Assembly (NCBI GenBank): GCA_963704065.1
Contig: CAVPGX010000008.1
Span: 29,852 to 93,851, forward strand
Direction: 5' to 3'
DNA from: an uncultured cyanobacterium
Lineage (GTDB): Bacteria; Cyanobacteriota; Cyanobacteriia; Leptolyngbyales; Leptolyngbyaceae
Length of the DNA: 64,000 nucleotides
Shown one piece after another: positions 31,843 through 44,152 of this stretch (within the stretch, counting starts at the first letter, position 1; each line of letters begins with the position of its first letter). A program made the position numbers and the translations under genes. A model generated the notes under the pieces. The model did no database searches, was not told where the DNA came from, and saw nothing but the letters and a program-made list of their open reading frames with translations.

Positions 31843-32390
31843 AGCAAATAGCGTCTGGTAGGAGCGGGAACAAAGAAAAAGCTGCCTGCGGCTGCAGTGG
31901 TGCACATTCAGTCGCACGCAACATAATTATTTAAGTCAAGCCGCTAATGGATCAAGCAGACCAAAGACATATCGGCAGACGACATCTATCGTCATCGTAA
32001 ATCAAGCCCATTCTACCTTAGTCAATTTAGTAGTCAATTTTAGTCGGCGGGCAGCGCACCATCACAACCGGATCAGCAATGCCACTGATCGCCCGATGCA
32101 CAATCATGACCAGCGTCTGTCTGCCATGCACCGATTCCGTTTGCCATCGATCTCGCTCATAGCGATTTATCCGCATCCCACCCGTAGATTGACTGAAATT
32201 AAATTAGCCAACGCAAAATCGTCCGGAACTCGTGCTATTCTCTGCGAGAATACTTGCAAGCAATGATGATGACTTGATGAAGGCAATGCCTATCCAGGAG
32301 TGTCTGGCTTAAAATGGAGTGATCGACCTTACTTATCCACTGCGGTTATCGCAGCAAAACAAATAACCGCGTTAGGGCAAAGGGTATCCG

Positions 32391-33500
32391 ATGCAGGTGT
32401 TAGTCATTGAAGACGAAGAAGATGTTCGGCTGAACATCGTCGAAATTCTAGCGTCAGGCGGATTTGAGCCGATTGATGCGGCCAATGGTCGAGTTGGAGT
32501 TGAAATTGCCCAATCACAACGACCGGATTTGATCATTTGCGATATCAGAATGCCTGATCTTGATGGCTATGCTGTGCTAGAGGCGATTCGTAGTAACCCG
32601 GCAACCGCAACGTTACCATTCATCTTTTTGACCGCAAAAACCGATCGGCAGGATTTACGGTATGGCATGAACCTGGGCGCCGATGATTATTTAACGAAAC
32701 CCTTTCGGCGCTTGGAACTGCTAGAAACAATTAGTGCCCGCCTCCGTAAGCACAGTACGATGCGGCAGTTAGAGCACCGTGTGAACGAACTCCAAATCAA
32801 AAATTCCCACCGTAGTGAAATTCTGAATACGGTAACCCACGATTTGCGCGCCCCACTGACTACCATCAAGGTGGCACTACAAATGATGGACACACTGCCG
32901 GATAATCGTCGGCAGTACATGGACATCGCCTTAAGTGCTTGCGAGCAAGGCGACGAACTGATTCAGAATCTCCTAGATCTATACCGGCTCGAAGCCGGTG
33001 AGACCCAAGTCATCCCGCGGCCATTAGATCTCCAAGACACACTCCATAGCCTGCACAATTCCTTTCGAATTCGGACCGAAAACCAGCAACAGCATCTAAA
33101 GTGGGATGTCCCCGAAGTGCTACCACCCATGATTTCGGATGGCGTGATTATTCAGCGAGTCTTAGTGGAGTTGCTCACTAACGCCTGCAAGTACACACCT
33201 ACTGATGGCATCATTGCATTTCAAGTTCGGGAAGCCGCCGAAACCGCCGCTATTCCTCAGCTTAGCTTTCAGTTGAAAAACGCGGCCGAAGTTAGTGCAG
33301 ATGCATTACCACGGCTGTTTGAAAAGTTTTATCGAGTGCCGGGGGGAGACTGCCATAAGTATGGCGGCACTGGTCTTGGGTTAACATTAGTACATCATCT
33401 GGTCGAACAGCTTCAGGGAAATATCACCGTCAGCAGCAATCAGGGTTGGACCAGCTTTAATGTCACGCTACCTTGTGAAATGCCACTGCATGGCGATTAA
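32391..33500 (+). CDS. Hybrid response regulator-histidine kinase
   Basis: REC (IEDE, CDIRMP, LTAK, KPF) + THDLRAPL + NACKY, GGTGLGL. Confidence 0.95.
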   Translation: MQVLVIEDEEDVRLNIVEILASGGFEPIDAANGRVGVEIAQSQRPDLIICDIRMPDLDGYAVLEAIRSNPATATLPFIFLTAKTDRQDLRYGMNLGADDYLTKPFRRLELLETISARLRKHSTMRQLEHRVNELQIKNSHRSEILNTVTHDLRAPLTTIKVALQMMDTLPDNRRQYMDIALSACEQGDELIQNLLDLYRLEAGETQVIPRPLDLQDTLHSLHNSFRIRTENQQQHLKWDVPEVLPPMISDGVIIQRVLVELLTNACKYTPTDGIIAFQVREAAETAAIPQLSFQLKNAAEVSADALPRLFEKFYRVPGGDCHKYGGTGLGLTLVHHLVEQLQGNITVSSNQGWTSFNVTLPCEMPLHGD

Positions 33501-33520
33501 CGGAGATTGGTGGAATCAGA

Positions 33521-36500
33521 ATGTCGGATCAATACTGGGGCCAATTACAGCAGCGCAACGCCGAGCTAGAGCGGCAGGTGCAAGAACTCAAAGCGGCGCT
33601 GGGCGATCGAGCAGGTTCAACCGCCCCTCTGCCATCTGGTAAGCATCATCCACAGCGGCGCTTAGGCAGCCCCATCATGCCACATACAGACAAGCCACAT
33701 ACCAACAAAGCCGTTCACACGGACCACCCGCCCCCAGGCAAGTCGTTGCTAGAACGCACGCTCATCGCCCTACAGCGCAGTGAAGCCCGCTATCGGACAC
33801 TAATACAGCAGCATCCTGATCCGATCGGCCGCTGTCTGCTGGATGGCACCATTGCTGCAGCCAACACGGCGTTTGCGCACTATTTCCATCAGTTTGAGCG
33901 ACCGGTGATTGGCAATTCGCTCTGGGATCTGCTGCAAAGTGATATTGAACTGCAGGCGCAATTTAAGCATGGCTTTGAGCAACTGCAGCATCCAGAGTCC
34001 GACCAACGAATCGTGCAGTTTGATCAGCCCCCCCGGCCAACCGCTAGCCAAGCGTGGCAACACTGGATTCTATCGGGGATCTACGATCGTGAAGCCAACT
34101 TACTGGAAATCCAAATCATTGGTCAAATAATCAGCGATCGGACAGCGACTGAGCCAACTGCGGCGACTGAGCCAACTGCGCCGACAGTATCCAGCTTGAC
34201 TGAAGCGATTCAGCAACTGACTCAAACCAATCAACAACTGCAACTGCAACTGCAGCAGCAATGCCAACTGCAAAATACTTTACAACAGAGTGAGGCCAGG
34301 CACCGGGCGATTATTGCGAGTTTGGATACGGGCGTGATGGTGCTCAATTCAACCGGTCAGATCCAAACTGGTAATGCCAGTGCCGCAAAGATGCTGGGAT
34401 TGAACGTACCAGAGTTGCTCCGCTGTCACCTATTTGATGCACGCTGGCAGTGGATTCAAGAAAATGGGATAACCTTAGCACCGGACGATCATCCCGCACA
34501 GATGACATTGCATACAGGCATTCCCTGCCTTGCCGTCAACATAGGATTGCAGCGGGCCGACCATACCTGCCTGTGGCTTTCAGTCACTGCCCAACCACAA
34601 TTTCACGCGAACGCCGTTTTACCCGACGAGGTGATTGTGTCGCTAATCGACAGGACACAGCAAAAACTGGCTGAGCAGGCGCGACAAGCCCTGATCCAGC
34701 GGGAGCAAGTAGCCCAGTCCCAAGCGAGCGTTGCCAAAGACCAAATTGAGCAAATTTTAGAAAGTGTCACCGATAGCTTTATCGCGTGCGATCGTGATTG
34801 GCATTTCACCTATGTTAACCACGAGGCCGCTCGGACGCTCGGTCGATCCAGCAAAAGTCTGATCGGTAAGTGCCTGTGGGAGGAGTTCCCCGACTTTAGC
34901 CATAGCAGTATTGCCAAGTTTCTGAAGCAAAGTCGGCGGCAGCGCGCTCTCAGCGAAGCGGTTGAATACTATGCTCCCTGTGATCGCTGGTACTCTTTGC
35001 GCGTGCATCCATCCTCAGCCGGCATCGCCATTTACTTTCGCGATATGACCGACACCTTTCACCATATCGATGAACGTAATCAAGTCGCCGCCGACCTGAA
35101 AGAAAGCCAAGAACGTCTGCGACAACTGACTGAGAATATTCCCCAGGTTTTCTGGCTCTATGATCTGCAAAAGCAACGCCTCGTCTATATCAGTCGTGCC
35201 TGCAAAACGATCCTCGGGGTCGTGGCGGAGCCAGCCCGTCAGAAAAACTGGCATGACTGGCTAGGCCGCGTGCATATCGACGATCGCGATTCCGTACGTC
35301 AGGCCAGCCGCCGCCCCTTTGCTGGTCAACCAGGAGAAGTCACCTATCGTTTTATGCGACCGGATGGATCAATGCGCTGGCTGCTCGGTCGGGCTTTTCC
35401 GGTTCACAATGCCGCCGGGAAGGTTTATCGTATCGCGGGCGTGCTCGAAGACGTCAGCCACCGCAAACGCAAAGAGAACTGGTTAACACTCCTAGAGTCG
35501 GTCATTGTCAACGCTAACGACGCAGTGCTCATCACCGAAGCGGATCCGCTGGAGCAGCCCGGTCCACGGATCATTTTTGTGAATGCCGCCTTTACCAAAA
35601 TGATGGGCTACAGCCGTAAAGAGGTAATTGGCAAAACCCCACGACTGCTCCAAGGACCCAAAACCGATTTGACTAAACTGAAATCCGTGCGCAGCGCACT
35701 CAAACAGCGTAAAGCGGTACGGGTTGAACTGATTAATTATCACAAAGATGGCTCCGAAGTTTGGGTGGAACTGAGTCTTTTCCCTGTGAGTGATCGCCTT
35801 GGCCACTACCACTATTGGGTCGGGATCCAGCGTGATATTACACAGCGTAAGCAAGCTGAGGCAGAGCTGGAGAAAACCTTGTGCCAAGAGCGCGAACTCA
35901 GTGAACTCAAATCGCGTTTCGTCTCAACCACCTCCCACGAATTTCGCACCCCCTTGAGTACAATTCTTTCGTCGGTTGATTTGCTGGAATACTATGCGGA
36001 GCAATCCGTCTCGAGGGACAAGCGGGCTAATTATTTTGAGCACACCCAGCGGATTCAGAATGCCGCGCTGAATATGAATAACCTGCTCAATGACGTTTTG
36101 ACCATTGAACAAGCTGAGGCAAACGGTTGGCAAGTGGAGCCGATCGAGCTAGATTTGCGCGAGTTTTTCCAGCATTTGATCGATGAGATGCGGTTCAATG
36201 ACCAAAATCAGCATCCTATCTCATTCCAGGTGACTTGCGCCGATGGCGTTCCAGATGCAGCCGCACCAATCAAAGCGGATATGGATGAACGCCTGCTGCG
36301 GCAGATCTTCAGCAACCTACTCTCCAATGGGTTGAAATACTCCCCCGCTAATTCCACCGTCGATGTGCGTATGTACTGTGCCGCCGAGCAAATAATCGTG
36401 GAAATCCAGGATCGTGGCATTGGGATTCCAGCGATCGATCAAGCCCGGCTGTTTGAACCGTTCCACCGCGCCACGAATGTCGGTATTGTTTCGGGTACAG

Positions 36501-36658
36501 GGTTGGGATTGGCGATCGTCAAACAGGCGATCGCGATAAATTGTGGGGAAATTAACATTCACAGTGAAATCAATCGCGGCACGATTGTCACGGTGACTTT
36601 GCCACGCCATCCCTCACAACAAGCTGAGATACCAGATGCAACGGCTGCAGATAACTGA
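33521..36658 (+). CDS. Multi-PAS cytoplasmic histidine kinase
   Basis: About five PAS domains, SHEFRTPL, NGLKYS, GTGLGL. Internal 18-bp tandem repeat at 34145-34180 (ATEPTA x2). Confidence 0.95.
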   Translation: MSDQYWGQLQQRNAELERQVQELKAALGDRAGSTAPLPSGKHHPQRRLGSPIMPHTDKPHTNKAVHTDHPPPGKSLLERTLIALQRSEARYRTLIQQHPDPIGRCLLDGTIAAANTAFAHYFHQFERPVIGNSLWDLLQSDIELQAQFKHGFEQLQHPESDQRIVQFDQPPRPTASQAWQHWILSGIYDREANLLEIQIIGQIISDRTATEPTAATEPTAPTVSSLTEAIQQLTQTNQQLQLQLQQQCQLQNTLQQSEARHRAIIASLDTGVMVLNSTGQIQTGNASAAKMLGLNVPELLRCHLFDARWQWIQENGITLAPDDHPAQMTLHTGIPCLAVNIGLQRADHTCLWLSVTAQPQFHANAVLPDEVIVSLIDRTQQKLAEQARQALIQREQVAQSQASVAKDQIEQILESVTDSFIACDRDWHFTYVNHEAARTLGRSSKSLIGKCLWEEFPDFSHSSIAKFLKQSRRQRALSEAVEYYAPCDRWYSLRVHPSSAGIAIYFRDMTDTFHHIDERNQVAADLKESQERLRQLTENIPQVFWLYDLQKQRLVYISRACKTILGVVAEPARQKNWHDWLGRVHIDDRDSVRQASRRPFAGQPGEVTYRFMRPDGSMRWLLGRAFPVHNAAGKVYRIAGVLEDVSHRKRKENWLTLLESVIVNANDAVLITEADPLEQPGPRIIFVNAAFTKMMGYSRKEVIGKTPRLLQGPKTDLTKLKSVRSALKQRKAVRVELINYHKDGSEVWVELSLFPVSDRLGHYHYWVGIQRDITQRKQAEAELEKTLCQERELSELKSRFVSTTSHEFRTPLSTILSSVDLLEYYAEQSVSRDKRANYFEHTQRIQNAALNMNNLLNDVLTIEQAEANGWQVEPIELDLREFFQHLIDEMRFNDQNQHPISFQVTCADGVPDAAAPIKADMDERLLRQIFSNLLSNGLKYSPANSTVDVRMYCAAEQIIVEIQDRGIGIPAIDQARLFEPFHRATNVGIVSGTGLGLAIVKQAIAINCGEINIHSEINRGTIVTVTLPRHPSQQAEIPDATAADN

Positions 36659-36744
36659 AGTATCTAAAAAATATCCCAAAATAATAATAATTAAACGCCG
36701 CCGAACCCACCTTTAGTCTAAGAAACTACTGCTTATAGTAGGAG

Positions 36745-36945
36745 CTATAGTGGAGCCGCGCTGCTCGTTGTGGGAGTCAAAGCATGGCTACTGCTATGGG
36801 TCGGCTCCGCCGCAAATTTGAGTGGGCCCATGCTGATTCGCTCAAAGTTAGGCATTTCGGCCCAGCAATGGTGACAAAACCAATATTGATGATGACGTCG
36901 AATGCATCGCACCAATGGACGCGAGCAACAAGGACATTGTGTCAT
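36745..36945 (-). CDS. Small cyanobacterial Zn-finger protein
   Basis: CPCCSRPLVRCIR...WFCHHCWAEMP; AGGA precedes the ATG. Confidence 0.8.
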   Translation of the reverse strand: MTQCPCCSRPLVRCIRRHHQYWFCHHCWAEMPNFERISMGPLKFAAEPTHSSSHALTPTTSSAAPL

Positions 36946-37105
36946 GCGTAATTCCTAACAATCAGTTTTATATGAAATAGTTCAATCAATCGCAAAACAC
37001 GCTACTTTTCTACTAACGATCGTAACAATCGCAACGGTTGTTGCCAGTCGTTAAACGCCCCAATTCTGATAGGTAATATCCGCCTATCATCACGTCACCG
37101 ATCGC

Positions 37106-38755
37106 ATGAAACCTTCCTCATCCAAGATTTACCGCCAGTTAGGGGTGGCTCCAGAAGATCACCGCATCGATATCCTCTGGATGCTCTTTTGGGCGATCGC
37201 CGCAATTTTGCTGTATACCTGGCAACTGGGCAACTTACCGCTACGGGATTGGGATGAGGGGATTGTCGCAACAGTCGCACGGGAAATCTGGCGATCACCC
37301 TTCGATCAACAAGTCTGGCTGTTTCCGCAATCGATCGGCGGTGGCCCCTACGTCAATAAACCGCCCCTGATGCATTGGCTGATCAGCATCGCTTACCACA
37401 TTGGTGGGGTAAATGAATGGACGACGCGGCTCCCCGGTGCCATGCTCACCGCATTATCTGTGCCGCTACTGTACTGGGTTGGACGGGAAATGTTCTATCG
37501 CCGCTTGCCAGCAATCTTTGCAGCGGGCGTATACCTAACCTATCTCCCCGTTTTACGCCAGGGCCGACTGGCGATGTTGGATGGTGCCATTCTCTGCTTT
37601 TTTCTCCTGATGTGGGGCTGTCTGCTGCGATCGCGGCGCGATTTGCGTTGGAGCTTGGGCATTGGCATCGGCATTGGTCTGATGTGCCTGACCAAGGGAT
37701 TACTCGGAATTTTGCTCGGTGCGATCGGTTTGGCCTTTTTGCTTTGGGATACACCGCGCATTCTCCGCAGTGGCTACTTTTGGCTCGGCCTTCTCGTTGG
37801 CAGCATACCCGTTAGCGCCTGGTATGCCAGCCAATATGCCCGATATGGTAGCGACTTCTTGCAAGCTCACTTTCTCAACCAATCTTTAGACCGCATCGCT
37901 CAAACCGTTGAAACCAATGGGGGTCCGATCTGGTTTTATCTACTGGAAATCATTAAGTACGGGGCGGTTTGGCTACTCTTTATCCCACTGGGCATCAAGT
38001 TACTCCGGCGGGACTGGCACCTGAGCTGGGCCCGGCTGCTGATTGTCTGGTTCGGCACCTACTTTCTAATTATTTCGCTGATGCAGACCAAGCTGCCCTG
38101 GTACGCAATGCCACTGTATCCGGCGATCGCCCTGCTGGTTGGGGCCAGTATTACCGATCTGTTAGAACCTGACCCGCATCAACTCAGCCTCAATCGTCGA
38201 ATTCCTGGGCATCGACTCTGGGCGGGCGGCTTTTTCTTGCTATTTGGCGGCGTTATCAGTGCCTTAGTTTACTATCTGCAGCAAGGTTCGGAATGGGATT
38301 TAGTCCTTATCTGCGCTACCCTCGCAGTCACCTTACTCGCCACGGCAATCACGGTCTTACAACAGACTCGTCAGTTTATTTTGATCTTGATTTGGGGCAC
38401 TTATCTAACGCTATTCGGGTTTGTCAACTCCGAACATTGGGTCTGGGAGCTGGCTGAGCGTCCTTCAGTTAAACCGATCGCCGCCCTAGTGAGCGGCCAT
38501 ACGCCAGCCCAACAACCCGTTTATACGACCTTCCCAGAATCGCGTCCGTCACTTGAGTTTTATAGCGATCGGCAGATTATTCCGACCAATCTCGAATGGC
38601 TAGCAGCAGTCACAACCCCAGAACCAGCGCTCACGGTTTTAGTCCCGAGGCAAGATCTCGCAGCAGTGCAGGCGATTACATCCAAAACCTTCAAGCCAGT
38701 CGCGCAAATCGATGATTGGGCGATTGTCCAAGCAAAACCCCAGCCACAACCATAG
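37106..38755 (+). CDS. ArnT-like glycosyltransferase (GT-C, family 39/83)
   Basis: RDWDEG, NKPPLMHW, RLAMLD, LTKG, TKLPWY; many TM helices. Confidence 0.92.
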   Translation: MKPSSSKIYRQLGVAPEDHRIDILWMLFWAIAAILLYTWQLGNLPLRDWDEGIVATVAREIWRSPFDQQVWLFPQSIGGGPYVNKPPLMHWLISIAYHIGGVNEWTTRLPGAMLTALSVPLLYWVGREMFYRRLPAIFAAGVYLTYLPVLRQGRLAMLDGAILCFFLLMWGCLLRSRRDLRWSLGIGIGIGLMCLTKGLLGILLGAIGLAFLLWDTPRILRSGYFWLGLLVGSIPVSAWYASQYARYGSDFLQAHFLNQSLDRIAQTVETNGGPIWFYLLEIIKYGAVWLLFIPLGIKLLRRDWHLSWARLLIVWFGTYFLIISLMQTKLPWYAMPLYPAIALLVGASITDLLEPDPHQLSLNRRIPGHRLWAGGFFLLFGGVISALVYYLQQGSEWDLVLICATLAVTLLATAITVLQQTRQFILILIWGTYLTLFGFVNSEHWVWELAERPSVKPIAALVSGHTPAQQPVYTTFPESRPSLEFYSDRQIIPTNLEWLAAVTTPEPALTVLVPRQDLAAVQAITSKTFKPVAQIDDWAIVQAKPQPQP

Positions 38756-38763
38756 TCAAATCA

Positions 38764-38916
38764 TTACCAACTGGCGACATTTTTGGTCCATAGCCCTGTG
38801 TCTCTCGTACTGACCTGAACCACTGAACTCAAGCCAATCCCAAATAGCAACAGACTGGCTGCCACCACAAAGGCCAATAACAATTGCAAATCCTTGTTCG
38901 AGTTTGACTGATGCAT
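38764..38916 (-). CDS. Small single-TM protein (50 aa)
   Basis: GGAG upstream of ATG 38916; hydrophobic LLLAFVVAASLLLFGIGL segment. Confidence 0.55.
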   Translation of the reverse strand: MHQSNSNKDLQLLLAFVVAASLLLFGIGLSSVVQVSTRDTGLWTKNVASW

Positions 38917-39202
38917 AAAAAACTCCAGGTGAATCGATCGAGCCAGCATCGTAGCGTCGGACGATGAAAACTTCGATAAACTGTCAGCGCAAAAGTTTTC
39001 AAAATCGCTTAGCTCTACTCCCAGCCTATAGTCAACTAGGATTGTCCGTACAACACGGAAACTTTTTTTTACATCATTGTTGCGTTTAATTTCTATCAAG
39101 CTCCGATCAGTTAGAACCGATACAGTTGCGGCAGATTTTTCGCTCAATTGCGCATTTGGATAGCCCAAACCATACGGCCCTTGCCCTATACTAAGTCGGT
39201 GA

Positions 39203-40888
<1,686 letters not shown>

Positions 40889-41060
40889 ATCTCAGGGTGG
40901 CCCAATCAAAGCCACCATTATGCGCCAGAGCAGTAGTGGGTTTAGCACATTTTTAACCCCGATCGCCTCCGAGAGGAACACTGAAACAACTGCCATTCCT
41001 GAGGGGCATGCTAATCAGGCAGGGCTTTGATTGTTTTAGTGTTTTTATCGTGAGGTTTGC

Positions 41061-41801
41061 ATGAGAATATCGGCTTTAGTTGCAGTGGCGGCCCTCAGCA
41101 CGCTGGCGTTTGGCTGCGGTAAATCCATTTCAGTCAGTGTTCAAGATCCAAATTCCGTCCCAACTCCAGCGACACCACAGCCGCCTGCCACAACCAATCA
41201 AGATAGCGCGATCGCCGCAACCACACCAAGTCCTGCCCCCACAACTCCGGCAAGTGCGGCACCGACTCCGGCCGACCGACCGGCTACTGCTAGCACTGCC
41301 ACGAATGCCAATCATTACTTTGTGCAGACTCAGAATGGCGGCGCACTAAATGTCCTAGCGAGTACTTCCAGCAATGCGGCAGTCGTGGGTACGGTGCCGA
41401 ATGGCACGCAAGTGCTGATGCATCTGAGTGATCGCAGTGGAGAATGGCTAGAGATTACCGCTCCAGGCAATATTCGCGGTTGGGCGGCGGCCAAAGACTT
41501 GATCGATCGTAATGGTAACTCTGCTTCACCCTCACTCACAATGGCAGCCCAGCGGTTGGCGAATAGCACCAAGGCGAATGAACCAGCAACATCCGGTAAT
41601 TCTCAGACCTATCGGGTCAAAACGATGGATGGTACGGGTTTGAATCTGCGCGCCCAACCACAGTTAGATGGGAAAGTGCTGACAATCATTGCCGACGGTG
41701 AGACCGTGACAGAAGTTGGCACAGTTGGTCAATGGACTAAAGTGCTGACCAGCAAAGGGACACAGGGCTATGTTGCCAGTAATTATCTGGTTGAAAATTA
41801 G
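41061..41801 (+). CDS. SH3b-domain lipoprotein
   Basis: Lipobox LAFGC, Pro/Thr-rich linker, two SH3b domains (LNV...GW; LNLRAQP...GYVASNYL). Confidence 0.88.
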   Translation: MRISALVAVAALSTLAFGCGKSISVSVQDPNSVPTPATPQPPATTNQDSAIAATTPSPAPTTPASAAPTPADRPATASTATNANHYFVQTQNGGALNVLASTSSNAAVVGTVPNGTQVLMHLSDRSGEWLEITAPGNIRGWAAAKDLIDRNGNSASPSLTMAAQRLANSTKANEPATSGNSQTYRVKTMDGTGLNLRAQPQLDGKVLTIIADGETVTEVGTVGQWTKVLTSKGTQGYVASNYLVEN

Positions 41802-41829
41802 ATTCAGCACCGGTATACACCGCTGAATC
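41801..41829. terminator. Hairpin between convergent genes
   Basis: GATTCAGC...GCTGAATC stem with inner CGGT/ACCG; no clear U-tract. Confidence 0.45.
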
Positions 41830-41898
41830 GGGGTCAAACCCAGAGTGGAGCCGCTTTGATTGGAGCCACTTCACCGCAGCTGCCATTAACGCAATGAT

Positions 41899-42453
41899 CT
41901 AAACCGCCGTAGTGGCGCTTACCTTGATTGGTGTCCCCGTGTATTCTGGCACCCAGCCTTCAGTACCGATGAAATATCGCACAGCTTTGACCCGCTTGGC
42001 CTCAGTCAGGTAAAACCAATGCTCTGTGCCCGCTGGGACATTGATATATTCCTCTGCTTGCACCGTCAATTCCACTTGCGAACCATCGGGGCGAACAAAC
42101 CCAAAGACGCCTTCGCCTTCGACGATGTAGCGTACTTCATCATCGGCATGGGTATGGATTTTATTGAACTTAGCCAACATCGTATCGAGATTGGGCACAT
42201 CAGGATGGAGCACAATCAGATCGCGGCAAGTGTAACCCGCTGCGGCTTTGAGTTGCTCGAAATAATGATCGACACCCTGCAAAACGTACGCTTTTTCGTC
42301 GTCGGTCAGCGCCGCCTTTTGGAGTAATGTCTGTACTGTCGCGTTATCACCCACGCCCCAATAGCTAAGTTCAACGTTTAACGGGGCTAATTCTATAGCG
42401 ATCGGATCTAAGTCCGTCAGGGTGATGCCATTTTCTAAACGCAAGCTGGCCAT
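41899..42453 (-). CDS. mtnD: Acireductone dioxygenase (cupin)
   Basis: HTHADDEVRY, VPAGTEHWF, KAVRYF...GW. Confidence 0.85.
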   Translation of the reverse strand: MASLRLENGITLTDLDPIAIELAPLNVELSYWGVGDNATVQTLLQKAALTDDEKAYVLQGVDHYFEQLKAAAGYTCRDLIVLHPDVPNLDTMLAKFNKIHTHADDEVRYIVEGEGVFGFVRPDGSQVELTVQAEEYINVPAGTEHWFYLTEAKRVKAVRYFIGTEGWVPEYTGTPIKVSATTAV

Positions 42454-42614
42454 TGTACTGCTCTCAAAATGCCTTCAACCTAGCGGTTCACAAGACTCAA
42501 TTACTTTCTCAAAGATATGCTAAAAATCTGATCTTTAGCTTCCGACAGCATTTTCGCGTGACGCACGCGACAGCCGCAAACCCAACCAAAAGGTACAGTC
42601 TTGGCGAAAGACGC

Positions 42615-42654
42615 AAAAAAACTACACCCATTGGCGGGCTCCCAATGCAATAGC
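42615..42654 (-). terminator. Intrinsic terminator of the cold-shock gene
   Basis: CATTGG/CCAATG stem with outer pairing, then a T-run on the minus strand. Confidence 0.6.
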
Positions 42655-42692
42655 TTGTCAAGTATTGCTACTGGTGAACGGGATTAGAAAAA

Positions 42693-42890
42693 CTAAACAA
42701 CCACAACGTTGTTTGCACAGGGGCCTTTTTGGCCTTGAACGATTTCGAACTCAACTGCTTGGCCATCACTCAGTGTTGCATTACCGTTGATTTCGGAGTG
42801 GTGAACGAATAAGTCTCTCCCACCATCATCTGGTGTAATAAAACCAAACCCCTTATCCGCATTGAACCACTTAACTTTACCTTTACTCAT
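42693..42890 (-). CDS. CspA-family cold-shock protein (65 aa)
   Basis: [15 protein letters not shown] (RNP1), LFVHHSEI (RNP2), GQKGP. Confidence 0.95.
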   Translation of the reverse strand: MSKGKVKWFNADKGFGFITPDDGGRDLFVHHSEINGNATLSDGQAVEFEIVQGQKGPCANNVVVV

Positions 42891-43178
42891 TGCATGCTTC
42901 CCTATGGGCGATTGAGTTTGAATATTAGGCTGATCTAATACTCCTCCATTTAACAACATCTTTAGTCCTTTTGGCGCAGCAACACTGCCTATACGGATCA
43001 GCCGATAATGGCAATATGTGGTGATCGTCACATATTATTGCCGTCCGCAGGCGATCTGAGCATTCCGGTAGGTCGCGAGTGTTTCCGGCTCAATCGAGCC
43101 AGAAAACGACTCACTGACTACGAAAAACTATGAACTCAGCCCCTACAATAGACTCAGGACAACTTAGACACTCTGCTA

Positions 43179-44012
43179 ATGCAGCTCTCCCTTGCTCGCC
43201 AATTATTTATGCACGAAGTGCGGCAGCCGGACGAATACATTGACCTCGAACGTGCCGCTCTCTACATTGCACAGGAAGCCTACCCCAACCTCGATATCGA
43301 AGAATACGTGGCGGCATTAGATACGATGGCAGAAGAAGTGCGTGAGCGGTTACCCGTGGAGGATTATCCCCTACGCACGCTGCAGGTGTTAAATCAGTAT
43401 TTGTATGAAGACTTAGGTTTTCAGGGCAATCAGGACGACTACTACAACCCGAAGAATAGTTTTTTGAATGATGTGATCGATCGACGTACAGGCATTCCAA
43501 TCAGCTTATCTCTGCTGTATTTATCTTTGGCGCAGCGGATTGCGTTTCCGATGGTCGGAGTTGGCTTACCGGGGCATTTTCTGATTCGCCCGTTGCAGCA
43601 TCAGATGGAAATCTTTGTTGATGCGTTTGATCAAGGCGAAATCCTCTTTGCTCAAGACTGCGAGGCGCTCTTGCAGAAAATGTTTGGCGATCGTTTGGTC
43701 ATGCGCGAGCAGTTTTTAGCACCGGTGACGCAGCGGCAATTCCTCGCGCGTATGCTGACGAATCTGAAGGCGATTTATGCGGCTGAAGCGAATTTAGAAG
43801 GCGTTTTGGCGGCAGTTGAGCGTATCCTGATTTTGTTTCCCGATGCACCTGTAGAACTGCGCGATCGGGGGATGATTTTGTTTCGCTTACAGCGCTGGGT
43901 AGAGGCTCGTCAGGATTTAGAGCAATATTTATTCATGTTGCCAACGGCCGCTGATCGACGCATTGTTGAGAATATCTTAGAGCATATGCAGAATACGCTT
44001 TTAGACAGTTAG
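43179..44012 (+). CDS. SirB1 family transglutaminase-like/TPR protein
   Basis: YYNPKNSFLNDVIDRRTGIPISL, PGHFL, ELRDRG. Confidence 0.93.
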   Translation: MQLSLARQLFMHEVRQPDEYIDLERAALYIAQEAYPNLDIEEYVAALDTMAEEVRERLPVEDYPLRTLQVLNQYLYEDLGFQGNQDDYYNPKNSFLNDVIDRRTGIPISLSLLYLSLAQRIAFPMVGVGLPGHFLIRPLQHQMEIFVDAFDQGEILFAQDCEALLQKMFGDRLVMREQFLAPVTQRQFLARMLTNLKAIYAAEANLEGVLAAVERILILFPDAPVELRDRGMILFRLQRWVEARQDLEQYLFMLPTAADRRIVENILEHMQNTLLDS

Positions 44013-44152
44013 CTTGACCAGCGGCATCCTGTGGTTGTCCTGGCGACGGCGCAGCTGGCTGTTACAAAATCGGCAACTGATACTGGAGTCGGGCTGAGTC
44101 GTTGCAATAATGCAGGCATTAACGACAATCAGTTGGTTCGGTGAATTGCTTA

